Positions 25,930-39,999 of a DNA stretch of 64,000 nt are shown here, piece by piece. Made by a program: the position numbers and the translations under genes. The DNA lies in assembly GCF_026571515.1 (NCBI RefSeq), contig NW_026853013.1, positions 62,001-126,000 on the forward strand. The letters are read 5' to 3'. Numbering within the stretch: the stretch's first letter is position 1; each line of letters opens with the position of its first letter. This stretch comes from Ruditapes philippinarum (taxonomy: Eukaryota). A model generated the notes under the pieces. The model was given only the letters and a program-made list of their open reading frames with translations, searched no databases and had not been told where the DNA came from.

Positions 25930-26465
25930 TAATTAAAATAGAAACAATAGCTAGATAGGACTTATTGTTGTGTATACATGTGGTACTTTTAGTTTCTTCA
26001 ATTTGGCCTTTTTTCAACTTGGGTGGTTCCAGTATTCCTACTTGAATACTGTATAATGACCCTTATGATATGTTGCCTGCTTTTTAAATTTGTCTTTTGA
26101 CGTCTTGTCTGTGATACGCAGGCTCCATAACCTCAGATTCCCTTTCAAAATTCCATTTTATTTAGTTCCGCCCATTGTTTTCTCGTTAAGGGCACACGCA
26201 TTCTTTTACTTGGGGACCATACGCCGCCTTTCATGGAATGGCACTATTGTGTCACATTGAAGGTTCCATGATAATCGCCGTATGAACACATCTGCGGATG
26301 TCTCTAAATTCAAAATTTCATCATTTGTCGTGTTTAAATGTTGAATTCTGCTTAAGCCGGTGCAAGGGGGCGTGGACGGTAATTTGCACTTTCCAGTCCG
26401 TCCATGAACAGGCTCAATCAAACCGAGCCTGCAACATGGCTTTCTTTAGGGATTCTGTATTTCTC
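25930..26465 (-). repeat. Minus-strand copy of the 20875-22243 repeat
   Basis: The reverse complement aligns by eye (GTGKCKLPST versus RTGKCKLPST in the ORF track; gaatactggaaccaccca) and lacks the 21212-21990 insert. Confidence 0.75.
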
Positions 26466-26578
26466 TATTTGGTTGCCCAAGATAATAAGCAGACCTGTAC
26501 TTAAGAATAGACAAAGTCAATGTATTATCATTTTAATTATCATATAAACCATGTGTAAACTGAAACTCTGTAAATACA

Positions 26579-26709
26579 NNNNNNNNNNNNNNNNNNNNNN
26601 NNNNNNNNNNNNNNNNNNNNNNNNNNNNNNNNNNNNNNNNNNNNNNNNNNNNNNNNNNNNNNNNNNNNNNNNNNNNNNNNNNNNNNNNNNNNNNNNNNNN
26701 NNNNNNNNN
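26579..26709. other. Assembly gap (131 N)
   Basis: Run of N. Confidence 1.
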
Positions 26710-29087
26710 TGTTAAACATATAGGAATCCAATTAACATTAGTACTTGGATGGAATTCTAAATCTAGCAGAAATTGAAAAACTATATTATATATAGTACAA
26801 CAGTCAAAATGTTTCTCAAATAAGCTATATCTTATAATAATGGAGTGGTATGCATATCTTTTATAAAGAAACAAATACTGTCCCTCTTTCAATCTTTCAC
26901 CAGACCTAAAATACTCTTTTATAAGAACTGACTTTAATTTACAGACTGTAAATACATAGTGTTTAAAATTGATAATTAACTTTATTGCACCCAGTGATTG
27001 GAGGATTATCCTGTAGCAGGATACTTTAGGTATTGACTAACTGAAATCCACTCTAAAGTATATACAGCCAGTCACAAAAAAATATTCATTATTCCATTCT
27101 ACTTATTAATTCTGTATAGCCTGAAAAGCAGACTGCCAATAACCTAATTGTTTTTAAACAGCTAAAATAGTCTGTCTAAGATAGACAGAAAAGAACAAAC
27201 AATATGGTAAAACAAAAGTTGCTTCCCTTTAAACTACAGAAAAACTGAAACCAAACAAGAATGTGCAAACAACAAAATTATAAAATGTTTAAGGCTCAGC
27301 TTGATCAAGTCATGGAAGGTAATGTCAAAATTCTATCAAATGTTTTATATTTTGTTATAAATTCATGGATGTTTCTGATATAATTTACTTTTAATGATTG
27401 GTCATTATCAAATAATGTTTTAATTTCTGCATATTTATTATTTCTATGCCCATGGAATTAATTGTTATATATATACTCATGAAAAAAATGTGTAGTTCAA
27501 TATAGCAGGGACGTCACAGTATAATCAGTTCAAACCTTATAGCTCAGTTGGAAGAGCTGCGGAATGATATTGAAAGTGTCCCAGTCTCCCAGGTTTGAGC
27601 CCCAGCCAGGCTGCACAGTTACTTTTGGGAACCAATAGAGGGCCACAACTGTATATAACTTCAAGACAATTCATTTTGTCAGTTTGTCAATGATTCAGGG
27701 AGATATTAACAATAAAGTGGGGGACTATGTTAATGTATAGCGCAGATCAAATATTAGGAGAAAAATGATTAAGCAGAAGGTATGGTATTCAAAGGGTTCT
27801 GGGTTCATACGGTAGTGTTGATGAGGCATGGTATTCTGAGGGTCTTTGTTTTGAGTCTCAGTCAGGCTGCATATTTTTCTCTGTGATTAATAAATATTTC
27901 CAGCTAATTATTTGCTTGACTGTTTAATGAATATATTTTCAGTCAATATTGTGAAATATTTGATTATTGTATAGTAATGGGATTTTATATTTTATAAGAC
28001 ATTGTATCGGTACTAAATTTGACTTCTTTTGAATGAGGGGGGAAAGTTTGCATAGACATGTGTGGACCTAGGCTGGAACCCTCAAATAATTGTCTCCTCA
28101 CCAGTGAGTTTTATTTAGGATAGCCTGAAAGTATTTACATTATTATGATACCACAGGGGTATTTTCCTCTACTGGGTGTAATCAGAAACTATATGGAGTT
28201 CTCCTTGGTGACATTTAAAGCAACAACCTGGTCATAGGATTGGGTGGCCTGTAAGACACGGTGGCCTGTACCAAGACATGAACCGATTGATCAAGACAGT
28301 GTTGTCTGTATTTTGCGGCAGGACAGACAGAGGTGTTCAGATCCACTTTCAGTAAGGAAGTGTTCCCTACCCTGTCCCTGCACTTATACTACAGAAATTT
28401 AATTGGAGTAGAGGTCCTGGGACCATTACTGGCATGGTATATGGAATCACAAAAAGATACTGTAAAACTGATTTATTCAATTCTCAGTGTTGTTATATTT
28501 TTCTGGTCCTTTGGGATCATTGATGTGGGCACTATAAAGTGTTGAAAATTGAGTACCGCTCAAGCCGACGCTAGGGGGCGTGAAGGATGTTGCACCTATT
28601 CATTATCCCTCATGTACAGACCTAATCAAACCGAGTCTGCAATTCTTATGTAATTTTGTTGTGATTAATGCTTCCGAGGGATCACTTTTAGCAATATCTG
28701 ATTTTTCTAAGTTCATTGTTTTTTTTTCTAAACAAAGTTTCATATATTTGTTTTTCCATACAACGCTGCATTTATTTGCAGATGTTTATAGTAAAGTCAC
28801 AGTTCAGATCTGTTCACTTTTGAGGGGAGAAGCTCAAGTCCCAGTCAGGCTGCACTTTTTTCTCACCCTTTGGCATTTGATTCCCAACAGATAGTAATAA
28901 AACAATGTGAAATTGTCCTTGGAGTTTCATACCATCACCTATTCCAAATGGGACACTGATGTCTAAGTCCTATTTAACATTGTTCACTGTCCCCATTCAA
29001 GGACGATTTTCAATAAAGCAGGGGAATATGTAATGGTTCCGAACTGTTCACTATTAAGGGAGATTATGTGTAAGCAGCTTAATACAA

Positions 29088-29168
29088 TATAGTTCAGTCG
29101 GTTAAGCCGTATAATAGTATTCCGAGGGTCCCAGGTTCAAATCCTGGTAAGGCAGCACCTTTTTTTTT
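29088..29168 (+). repeat. tRNA-like (Pol III A/B box) sequence; related degenerate copies at ~27540-27618, 27770-27875 and 28825-28865
   Basis: TAGTTCAGTCGGTTAAG (A box), GGTTCAAATCC (B box), then a T9 run. No convincing acceptor stem or cloverleaf. Confidence 0.55.
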
Positions 29169-32100
29169 AACTGATAACAGTAACATAAAAAGGAAGGTAT
29201 TAGGCATTTAATGTTGCTTAGTAATAATATAGCATATTAAAACATATTAAGTGCATATAATGTCAATAAATTTCAATTTCAACTGCTATAAAAATATTTT
29301 CTGATGCGCCGCTCTTTTGGTAAATCCATATACTTTACAGTTTACACATGATTCACAAATTCTTGGAGTCCGACACTCCTTCCCTCCTGGCACTTATGGA
29401 GGTGCATGAGGTTGACAGATTGAAAAAAAAAATCTACATTTTCCTCATTTTTTCTCACTTTTCGGGGCCACAGTAAAAGTTTATTCTTAATATTATACTC
29501 TTATTCATTGAATTTCATAATGCTTTTGTGGACACATTATCGATGTAATTGTAACCTAGTAAAAATTACACACTTATAAATAAAGGTTTTATTAAAACCC
29601 CAGTGTTAATAATGATTAAAATAAATTAGCTTAATTAAAAAATGTTCTCACTTCTAATTGTTCTTATCTCTTCTATAAAAACATATTCTAATCGATGTCT
29701 TTTATGGTACAATGTATTTAATTTTTTGATAACAAAAAAAGGAATAAATATATACATGCAGATTTATACATGTAGCTGATAATTCTTTCAGAACTCATAT
29801 AAAATAACATATTAATAATTATTTTCCCGGGGAAATTTCATTATATTTATGACCAAAAAATCTTCTTTATATCAATCATTGATATATCATCATGAATATA
29901 ATTGTTTGCAAGTATGTGTTATATTATAAATAATATAACCCATAATGCATGGTATTTATTTTATATATTTATCAAATTTAAAAAAGTTGCCGAAAAGACC
30001 AGGGTTTTGAGGCCGAAACGTCAAGGACGTGTAAAGTCCTAATTTAGCCCTTGTCTTGAAAATATGTTGGGCTGCCGGTCTGCAATGTAATATTTTGTGC
30101 CATATTACTATTGCAATAAATAAAAACCATATAGCTTAGATTAGTAAATGTACTACAAAGACCAGTGTATGGAAGAGAATTTAAAGTATACTATGTAATA
30201 GATGCTGACAATGTCTCTCCCGTGATTGCAAGTGTAATACATACACGAAGTATTTCTTATTATTATATATTTGAATGTAGAATCTCTCATAAAGTAAATA
30301 ACTTGTAAATTAAATATATAATCAATGGTAACCATTAATAATGAAAAAAAAGAAATACTTGCAGTCACGTTATCTTGCTATGTAATTAGTTATTTACTGA
30401 TGCATACATGTAATTGTATATATCATGAATGCTTGTACATGACTCTTTTGAGAGTTAATTTGCAAAATAAAGATTTTATGTTTTCCTTTTGTTTAAAAAT
30501 GTCAAATTAATTTTGTTCGCTACAATGTAAATGACTTGATAATTTGATCGTTGATTTGCTAAAGTTTTTACCATTCTTTATATTTTGTTTACGCCAGAAG
30601 CGATGTTGACGTAATTACTGTCTATCTAAGAGATTCCTGGGCTAAATCAAAGTTTTTTTTTTCAGAAATGCGCATAAAGACGAACCCGTTAAATTATTTT
30701 TTTAACATTCGCGCATGATAGCTTATAATTTCAAAAATCATTTGTTGAAGCTGCACGACAAAAATAATTTTGTGCCAGGTTAGGTGCATTACAGCTCTAA
30801 CATAAACTCGTTTAAAATACTTGATTGTCAAGCTATCATTTAATAAAATCGCTAAACGATCTAGCTAATGAAGTTGTTGAAAATTTATATGATAAGGATA
30901 TTTTATTAAACGTTTAGAAACGTTTTTATTTTGCGTGCGTTTTAGCGTGCGTATATCGTTTAGCGTATTTCGTTTAGCGTTAATCGTTTTGCGTGCGTCT
31001 GCGTATTTCGTTTGGTAAAGCGTGCGTGTAACGTTCGTTCGTATAGCGTGTAACGTGCGTGCGTTTTTTCCAGAGCGTGCGTGTTGCGTGTAAACTGAAA
31101 CGTTCACCCTACTGTACTCCAGCATAAGCTCCGACAAAAAGAACAGTTTTTCTCTTGAGCAAACAGCTCAAGTTATATAACATGAATTCATTGCAAACTG
31201 TTTACTAACATGCTTTCTGACAAGAACTGTGGCCTGTATGATTTAAATGTAATGTTGATATGTGAAAACAATCAGTGTAATAACATGTCTGATCCGAAAG
31301 ATGATTTATTAGTTGATATGATATGGTATTTGCACTGTTTATTTCTATGTGAACTAATTATGTTTTGGACTAAAACACGCAGTTAACATGACCTCAATAT
31401 GCACAAATGAAATCCTGAAATGTATGCTTAAATACTAACGTAACAAACAAATGCACATACAATCTTCAATTAAAAGAATATAAATAAAAAAAACACTTAT
31501 GTTCTGTGTAATGACGTTTACTTAACAGCAAGACGAACAGACAATTTAACATCATGAAGGCTACATTTAAATAATGATTGATATAAATCCATGGTAAATT
31601 ATTTAATATCTATAATTTTATATGCAATTCACTTTCTAAAATCACATTCATTTATTTCATGATCATCACCAATCAAGGCAATAACATTTTGTTGACTGAC
31701 ACTGTATGTCCATGCACTTACTTATAAGGTGGTTAAAATCCACGATGGTTTATTTTTTCTGTTCATCTGTAAATTCCCGAACAGTTTTATAACGTGTAAT
31801 GTTCAAACAGAAAAGGCTAAGTGAAATCATGAAATAGAAAAGTGAATGAAGTTAAAGATTTTGTTCTAATGAAATGTGGTATTAAATGTGAATTGCTTGC
31901 AATTTGCATATTGTTTATTAATTTACTTAATAGAAAAAAAATATTGACATAAGTAACTGTCAGTGAAGTATTTGTAAACTTGTTTCCTGTATGTTATAAA
32001 TTATTTTACTATTACCCTTGTTGAATTTGAAACCTTTTCACTAAAAGATCTTTCCGAAAAAGATTTAAGCATTCGGGCTAAATACAACGTGAAACGATGA

Positions 32101-33333
32101 ATAGACAACGAAGAATAAGATAGCCGTCATATGTTAAAAAAGTATATAAGGATATGAAAATGTATGTTAAAAACTGTGCTATTTCTCATTCTGGTGATTT
32201 TTTTCCCATCTGCATCAAAATTGTGACTATTGATGGCGCGGGAGTATAACATTTTTATGCATTCAACATATATATTGACAAAGCAAATGTACGTATACAA
32301 CACAGAACGAATGATTAGTGTGCTTGACATTGCACGGGTGAGCATCAATGACGGAAATTGTCGAGCAAACGGTAACAAAAGAACATAACCGAATAAAATA
32401 ATATCTTACTATAGTATATAGCCCATATAAAACTATAAAATGTTTGTTTCAAGCACCTGTGGTTGAGACGAAGCGGACAAACGGCAACCATTTTATTTCT
32501 GGCAGTGGCGTAATTACCTACCGATACGCCAATACGCAAGGGCGTATAAAACGAAATCGTTTCGAGAAAAAAAATCAAAAATGAAATCATTAATTTTGGC
32601 GTAGATCGATCAACTTATTCGTACTGCTAATTGATTCTACGGGTTTGCTTAGGATGTTACCTTATTCAAATATGAGTTACCTTTTTATGCACAACCAAAA
32701 CTTCAATTATGAAGAAAGGGAGTAAAGATATGATTTAAACAATTTCTTTGGAACTTGCTCTTTTTCAGCTTGAGTTAAGCGTTATAATGCTAATAAACAT
32801 CGTCAAAATCCAAATAAGGATAAGAAATTGTCCAATATATTACAATCATTTTTTTTTTCAGAAGAATCAAATCAGTGAAAAGTAAACATTTATTTAATTT
32901 TTACATCTAGATCTTTATGCAAAATAAAGATCTTGTTTGCAACTTGGCGTTTGCAGCACAATTGAAGGGAGTGAGTTACTGTAGCTGTATGGAATGTTTT
33001 TTATATATTTTACATTGTAACTATTAATCAGTACATGTAAAGTTAGTAATATTTATTCAACTTGTATTCATTTTAAATTATGTAGAATAGTTTTGACACT
33101 ATGAATCAGACCTTTGCAGTGAACTATTGCCAACATCCATCGTCTCAAACCAAATTCAACTTTTGTTTATTTGACCGTAAAATAGAATACCAGTATTTAC
33201 AAATTATATCACTACAGAAAATTGTTTCTACTGTATTATTTTATTAAGTAAACCAATTGCACACTTCTGAAAACAATGACGTTTATGTCTATGTTTTAAA
33301 ATATGAATAGATGAGAACTACGTATGATAAAGA

Positions 33334-33420
<87 letters not shown>

Positions 33421-33425
33421 TATAT
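33334..33425. repeat. (AT)n microsatellite
   Basis: About 90 bp of alternating AT. Confidence 0.95.
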
Positions 33426-33779
33426 CTAAAACATAGACAAATATACAACGAGAACAATGTATAACCATATAAGACACATCATTTCCAAATTCTTTTATTT
33501 TCGCCGACTTTAGATAACAAATTGTCTGTTTATACCAAAATGCTTTATGTGCGTGAGGCATTTAACTTCGTAATGAAATAACTTAAATATTTCGAATGGA
33601 AATTGAAAGACTAGAGTTGAGAACAAAAATGTTAAAGACAATATTTATTGTCTACAATATTGACATAATACGCATTTAAGGAAGATAAATGATCGTGCGA
33701 TACTACATTTTAGCTGTGAATACGATAACTTTTCGATACACTAAACATTTAAGCTGTTGTGTTTGTATTAAAGTCATAA

Positions 33780-34355
33780 NNNNNNNNNNNNNNNNNNNNN
33801 NNNNNNNNNNNNNNNNNNNNNNNNNNNNNNNNNNNNNNNNNNNNNNNNNNNNNNNNNNNNNNNNNNNNNNNNNNNNNNNNNNNNNNNNNNNNNNNNNNNN
33901 NNNNNNNNNNNNNNNNNNNNNNNNNNNNNNNNNNNNNNNNNNNNNNNNNNNNNNNNNNNNNNNNNNNNNNNNNNNNNNNNNNNNNNNNNNNNNNNNNNNN
34001 NNNNNNNNNNNNNNNNNNNNNNNNNNNNNNNNNNNNNNNNNNNNNNNNNNNNNNNNNNNNNNNNNNNNNNNNNNNNNNNNNNNNNNNNNNNNNNNNNNNN
34101 NNNNNNNNNNNNNNNNNNNNNNNNNNNNNNNNNNNNNNNNNNNNNNNNNNNNNNNNNNNNNNNNNNNNNNNNNNNNNNNNNNNNNNNNNNNNNNNNNNNN
34201 NNNNNNNNNNNNNNNNNNNNNNNNNNNNNNNNNNNNNNNNNNNNNNNNNNNNNNNNNNNNNNNNNNNNNNNNNNNNNNNNNNNNNNNNNNNNNNNNNNNN
34301 NNNNNNNNNNNNNNNNNNNNNNNNNNNNNNNNNNNNNNNNNNNNNNNNNNNNNNN
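33780..34355. other. Assembly gap (576 N) between the two duplicated blocks
   Basis: Run of N. Confidence 1.
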
Positions 34356-34801
34356 TTTTTCTAAAAGCAAAAACTTTTGAACTATTTAAAACAGTGTACA
34401 CGTTAGACTTTCGTGCTATTTCTCTTACATTCAATATGTGTACCTGTGTGTACCTGATATTTTTTTCATAACTATAGATAAAGACATAGTAGTACAATTA
34501 GCTTAAATATCCCCTAAATCCTTAGTTATAGCACATAGGTATATTTGATATATAAGTCTCTGGCGATCCTTAGGCCAAAAACCGGCACTCGGCGCACAGC
34601 CGAGGTACGCCCCTGTCTGGTTAACGTTTGGTTAAAATTTAACCCACCTCCTACATGTGGGTTAATTTAACCAGAAATTTACGCTGATTAAATTTAACGA
34701 AAATTTTATACAATCGGCTAACGAAAGTTTAACCCAAAAGTTAACCTAACCCTGGATTTTACCCAGTGGTTAAAGTTAACCAACGTTTATACAATTTGGT
34801 G

Positions 34802-35864
34802 CAGATATTCTTTTAAACTTTTCAATGGTTAATTGGATTTTACCAGAATTGTACATGTATATCATAGATGAATGGGCGGACGAAAGACATTGTTCATCAT
34901 GAACTTTTGTCGGCTTGCTGCAAAAAATAAAGATATTAAATGTTTTTTCTTTGAAACATACAAAACAGTAGTCAAATTGAACAAAGTTTGTTTTTTATTA
35001 TAATTGTAACAAATATACAAACAGCATAAAAATGTAACAAAAGATACTAATATTGTAATATAACAGGCATTTTTTCTATCAAATTAAGAAAAATAGTTTC
35101 CTTTGATGCCTTGGACTTAAGATACAGTAGCTATATTTTAAGTCTCAGATAAATACTGAAAGAAGAACACACACTGGAATGAAAAATTTGGCATGACCAA
35201 ATTCAGGATTTTTTTATATACGCGTTAACAAAAACAATGGTGCATTTAAAATCATGAATAAATTTGCATGGCATGTTGATATATTTTTGATATATTGAAA
35301 CATTATTTATCAAAGGAAGACTGTTACCTGTATTTTAGACAGGTATCACAGGATATTAGGAAATTCACTAACATCATGTTCATGCGAGTCAAAGATATAA
35401 AAGAAACTAGACATAGGTAAAATAAAGAGTTATTGTTAATTGATTTATTGCGAGATGAATCTACTATTTTGTTGAATTACTTCAAAATCCCCGTCTGACC
35501 CACCAGTGTGTTTACATTCCTATCAATAAACCCATAACAAACCGACGAAAGTTACTATTTTTATATGCTGTCTGTGTATTTGTTACAATTATAATAAAAA
35601 AACAGACTTTGTTCAATTAGACTACTGTTTTATATGTTCCAAAGAAAATACATTTAATATTTTTTTTAGCAAGCCGACCAAAGTTCGTAATGAAAAATGT
35701 CTTTCGTCTGTCCATTCATCTATGATATACATGTACAATTCTGGAAAATTCCTATTAACCATTTAAAAGAATATCTGGTCATCAGATGTCTACTAGTTCA
35801 TCCTCACTTGCTGCATTTCTTGCTTGGACGCCATTTGATGCTTTGCATCAATGCCTTTCTTGTT
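34802..35864. repeat. ~220-bp inverted repeat (34802-35020 / 35572-35777) formed by two oppositely oriented pieces of a Helentron/HINE-like family
   Basis: ccagaattgtacatgtatatcatagatgaatgg is mirrored by ccattcatctatgatatacatgtacaattctgg. Region 35777-35864 is the reverse complement of the start of the 46253 element. Confidence 0.8.
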
Positions 35865-37589
35865 TAACATGATAAACCATTTGTCGCGAAACATGTAACG
35901 GACATTTTGAAAATAAAGTCGATTTGGAGTATATACATGTGGATTTTAATATTTCCTACATTGATTAGTTGTTATTATTTGTAGAAAGTGAGTAGCATTA
36001 TAAGTGAAAAAGAAAATGTATATGCTTTGATATTTTTTATCATCTTATATTACTGACTATAGTAGTGACACAAACAGAACAATGTTGCACTACTGTCATG
36101 TCACATTACATTTACAAGTCGTGTAAGTCTTGTTTGTATTGGAATTACTTTCCTTACCAGGTAGGCATCAGTGGAAGAATTTTGTTTAATTTAATACGTG
36201 GCCCCTCTGTCATGGACAGTGCATACCATAAGTATAATTTTGCAAATTTAAATGATTTACAAAACATCCGGAATAATGTACACTAGTCCTTAATCTAAAT
36301 AGAAATGACTTGTGCGCAGAAATGATTTGGTAAGGTATCTGTAATGAGCGCATTTTTGTTTTGCGCGAAGCTTCTCAATTGCTTCCCCCGTCTTGTACAA
36401 ATAAAATAGCCTCGTGTTTTGATGCCCTTTCTATAATTACTAAAACAAAATCAGCAGTGATATTGTCATTACCTGGGCCTTTATTGTTATTCTGTAAAAA
36501 TACCTAGCATTCTTTTTCTTTTTATCATAATATGTACCGGCAGAATTAAGCTTTTGACTCGTCATTTCCTATTTATGTTTATTAAAAGTGTTACGGGCAT
36601 ATCTAAATTCACGTTTGAATTAGCGTTTTAAGATCGTTATTTATGACCCCCATCTCTATCTCTACCCCTGTCCCCGTTTGAATTAGAGTCACCCATGTAA
36701 ACAAATGTGATTGCTCTTATTCCGAAGTAAAAATCTTGTTTTATGTATAACACAAATAAACACAAAGAGAACAATTAAATGATATTGAGCTTTTTGCACA
36801 TTATTACCTTCCTGGCATAAACCTAATCAAATTTACTTTAAAAGTAAGACCTATTAAAAAAGAACAATCACCATATTTACTTGACGTTAAAGAAAATATA
36901 AAAAAATATCAATGCATAGCATTTTATAAGGAGACCAACAATTAGATAAAAACAAAACAACCAAAGAAAATGATCTTTTTAGATTATCTGAAGTAATAAT
37001 TTATTCTTGTTACTTAAAATGTTTCCTTCATGCAAAGTTTAAAGAAGATCTATGCAGCAGTTTTAATTCTGCCCACACAGTCATAAACTATATCGAGGAT
37101 GATGGGGATCATACATTAAATGTATGAAGGGAACCACAGTTATAGTGAAAACATGCATGTAAATATAATAGTCTATTTAATAGTATATAAAAAAACATTT
37201 AGTAAAATTTTACGTTTTAAGTAAATTTAATACTGGAAATATGAGTGGTTTCTATAACACCACAGGTTTGAGGTGAGAATCTATGAACAATGTGCATGTA
37301 CTTTTATATTTACCTTTTCATGTGCAATTATGATAATATTATCGTTTTGTTGTAAAATTATGATAAAGCTTACACTGGTCTTCATTGTCAAATATTGACA
37401 AGGCAATTGTTTTTGTAGCTACAATTTAATTTTGCACGAACTATTTTCCCCATCATAATAGGCTTAGTGATAATTAAACGTTATCTGTAACTAAATTCGA
37501 AATTAAACATAACAAACATTGGTTTCACGAGAACCGCACGTACAGTAATACATACTTTATTTTCTTTTCCCTAGAGGAAATGTGACAAA

Positions 37590-39999
37590 ATGGACGGTTC
37601 AAATTCGACTGGGAATAACACTGATTCAGATTCGTTTTCAACAGTGGTTGTAATTGAGTCAATTGTTAGTTGTAGTTTATCTATTCTAGGATCGTTCGCG
37701 ATATTCGGATCCTATAGCCTTTTGCCGGAAATAAGAAACGCTACCAGGAAACTTGTCACGTGTCTAACAATAGCAGATTTTCTAACGGCGTTAGGTAAAA
37801 GTTATTATATTTTACTAAAATGCGTAAAACACAGTCAATATTTTATATTTCTAATCTTCCTGGATAGTTATTACGCAACACAAACACCGATAATGTCATT
37901 TGGCGATTTCCAGCTGCATTTGTGTAGGAAGACCTCAGATACTACTCTGTACACTATTCCAGGCACAAACGGGCACATGTGTTGAACCAAAGACGAAAGC
38001 TAGCAAGACAGTAGTCCCTGTCAGTATTCAACCCATAGCGATGCAGGACAATTGGTTTGGGTTGAAGAATTTTATATATCACTTATAAAAACAGACATTG
38101 TTTGAAATTTTTGTATAAAGCTTGTGCAGCCATTTATAAATATGATTTCCTTTTTATATTGATCAGGAATCATAATATCAGCGATTGCTCATCTAGTTGG
38201 AACACAAAGAGGCGTGTGCACACCACAAAGCGGAATAACAACATATTCGAGTCTCGTGTCATTCTTTCTTACTGTTGCCATTGCGATACACATCTTTTCA
38301 ACTGTTGTAAACAGAAACGATAGAACATCATCGTGGCAATTCCTTGTAATTACTAACATCATAAGCTGGTTATGCCCAGGTAAATATTTCAACCACTTAA
38401 TTTCTACTTATTTTCTCAAAATATACAAGTACATCAAAATTGCTCTTTGGAATCAGATCAGTTGTCGCCAAAACATTTTAAGCTCGATTTTATTTACCCT
38501 GTTCAATGTAATCTTTCATTAAGTAATCAACGCAATGGCTTCAGTCGAATTGCATTATTCTACATTTAAACATGAAAACAATGCTTAAAATGAATTAAGA
38601 AACATCCACTTTAATGATGATGATGATGATGACGACGATTATTACATGTATGGGCACAATCAAAGATTACGTTGGGAAAGGCCTATAAATTAAATATCAA
38701 TTCTGATTTTGTTCACAGGAATTATTATAGCATTTGCTATTGAAAATGGTGTTCTTGGTAGAGACAAAACAGAAAATGTGGGAACTGGTCCTTGGTGTTG
38801 GTTAAAAAGAGACTCTAAAGATTATATGTTTTGGATGTTTTTGACTGGAAAAGGTTGGGAAATATTGTGCTACTTGCTGACGACGTCCTTATATGTTCTT
38901 CTGAAATTCTACTTGGTACGTTGATGTACGTTGACATACGAAAACTAAACCTAGCACTAACGAAATGTACGTGTTAAAAATTTCAGAATGCTCAATGCTA
39001 CATAGTGCACCTTTTTATGTGCAGCAAAATGTCATTGTGTTTTACGCATGTAAGTTATTACTGCACTGGGTGATAATTGTTTCATAGTCAACATTTCTGT
39101 ATCAGATTTATTGGCATTCTGCAAGTTTTCATTTGGACATTTACAAAGATCTTTTCTTCGGACAAAATACAATGCTTCAAAATGTAGCCATATATGAATC
39201 ACAACACATATAAGCAAAGCATACAAGAGACATATTATAACGCCAAAAATAAAAAGATTTTTCTGTAATCAAATCAAATTAATTAAATTCAATTCAAATT
39301 AATATAATAAATGATAGCTATTTGGCTGACTTTGTAGTGAGTTGCTTGAGATCGAATTAACGCGTGCGAGTGGTTTAGTTCCTTTTTTGTTGAAATGGAA
39401 TTCATGAACCTAATTTTGATACCAATTGGCACTAAGTTTAAAAGTTCTTAGTTTTCAATTATTTATCAAAAGTAATAAAAACAATGAAATAAATATGTTT
39501 CAGATATCTACAAATTATAATTACAAAAGACTTTATTATTGTATCTTTATGAACGTTAATATATTTATTGTAGCTATTGCGATTCAGGCGCCGCCAGTTT
39601 ACAGAGATACATGAAAGTCTCCGGAACTACGATCATAACTTCTTATATGTTTGGTTTATACTTTATCTACTACGTCTTTGGGGTACCATTCGATCGATTA
39701 TGACTTTGACTGGAGTGGATAAACAAAGTCCTGGTGATGAAATATCCAACGTGTTCATGCATATGCAGGCAATAGGTGATCCAGCTCAAGCTTTCTGCAA
39801 TTTTATCTTAGTATGTATCCTTGACAAACCTGTTAGGTTAGTTCTGTTTGGGGACTGCGGTAGGGAACCTAACCGTGGTAATGAAGGCTCAATTCAATGT
39901 GATTACAATTATACACCCGCAGACTCTGTTGACGAAGGTTCAGTCAATGAATACAGTCGACGTTACGGTAGTATGGACAGAAGAGACAGGATCAATTGA
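37590..39999 (+). CDS. GPR157-like: GPR157-like GPCR, gene 4 (subfamily A), ~346 aa; exons 37590-37794, 38167-38379, 38719-38915, 39574-39999
   Basis: All splice sites are canonical GT/AG, giving 205+213+197+426=1041 nt in frame. Same GPR157-type motifs as gene 1. Confidence 0.92.

Larger units (their letters stand above)
23616..31114. mobile_element. 7.5-kb TIR DNA transposon inserted in the last exon of gene 3; no intact transposase seen
   Basis: TIR CAATAGAGTGAACGTTTCGGTT / AACTGAAACGTTCACCCTACTG (19/22 match). TSD is TA (or GTAC). Gene 5 has the empty site ggcaagTActccagc (~54550). Confidence 0.9.
16204..31180 (+). pseudogene. GPR157-like: GPR157-like GPCR, gene 3 (subfamily B), probable pseudogene; exons 16204-16389, 16939-17151, 17997-18193, 23152-23615, with displaced tail 31115-31180
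   Basis: Paralog of gene 5. Exon 1 has gaaata-CAG-ctacacgg where gene 5 has gaaata-AGAAATT-ctacacgg, a net -4 frameshift at ~16333. The last exon is interrupted by a 7.5-kb TIR element, and the original tail [21 protein letters not shown] resumes at 31115. Confidence 0.85.
5985..32260 (+). repeat. Duplicated block, copy A (genes 2+3 and flanks)
   Basis: Colinear with 36680-60200 from ttgaattagagtca..gtaaacaaatg to ctattgatggcgc.ggagta. Differences are substitutions, indels and element insertions. Confidence 0.9.

Noticed and set aside
28140-28560. Possible transposase or captured exon inside the 7.5-kb element (also 24140-24420)
   Set aside because: The composition looks coding, but there are stops and no motif I can identify; BLASTX is needed.
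29088-29168. Functional tRNA gene
   Set aside because: A and B boxes are present but I could not form acceptor and anticodon stems; it is treated as a tRNA-derived repeat.
33689-34497. Long ORFs (198-264 aa) in the ORF track, and those at 26533-26892
   Set aside because: They are artefacts of N runs translated as X.
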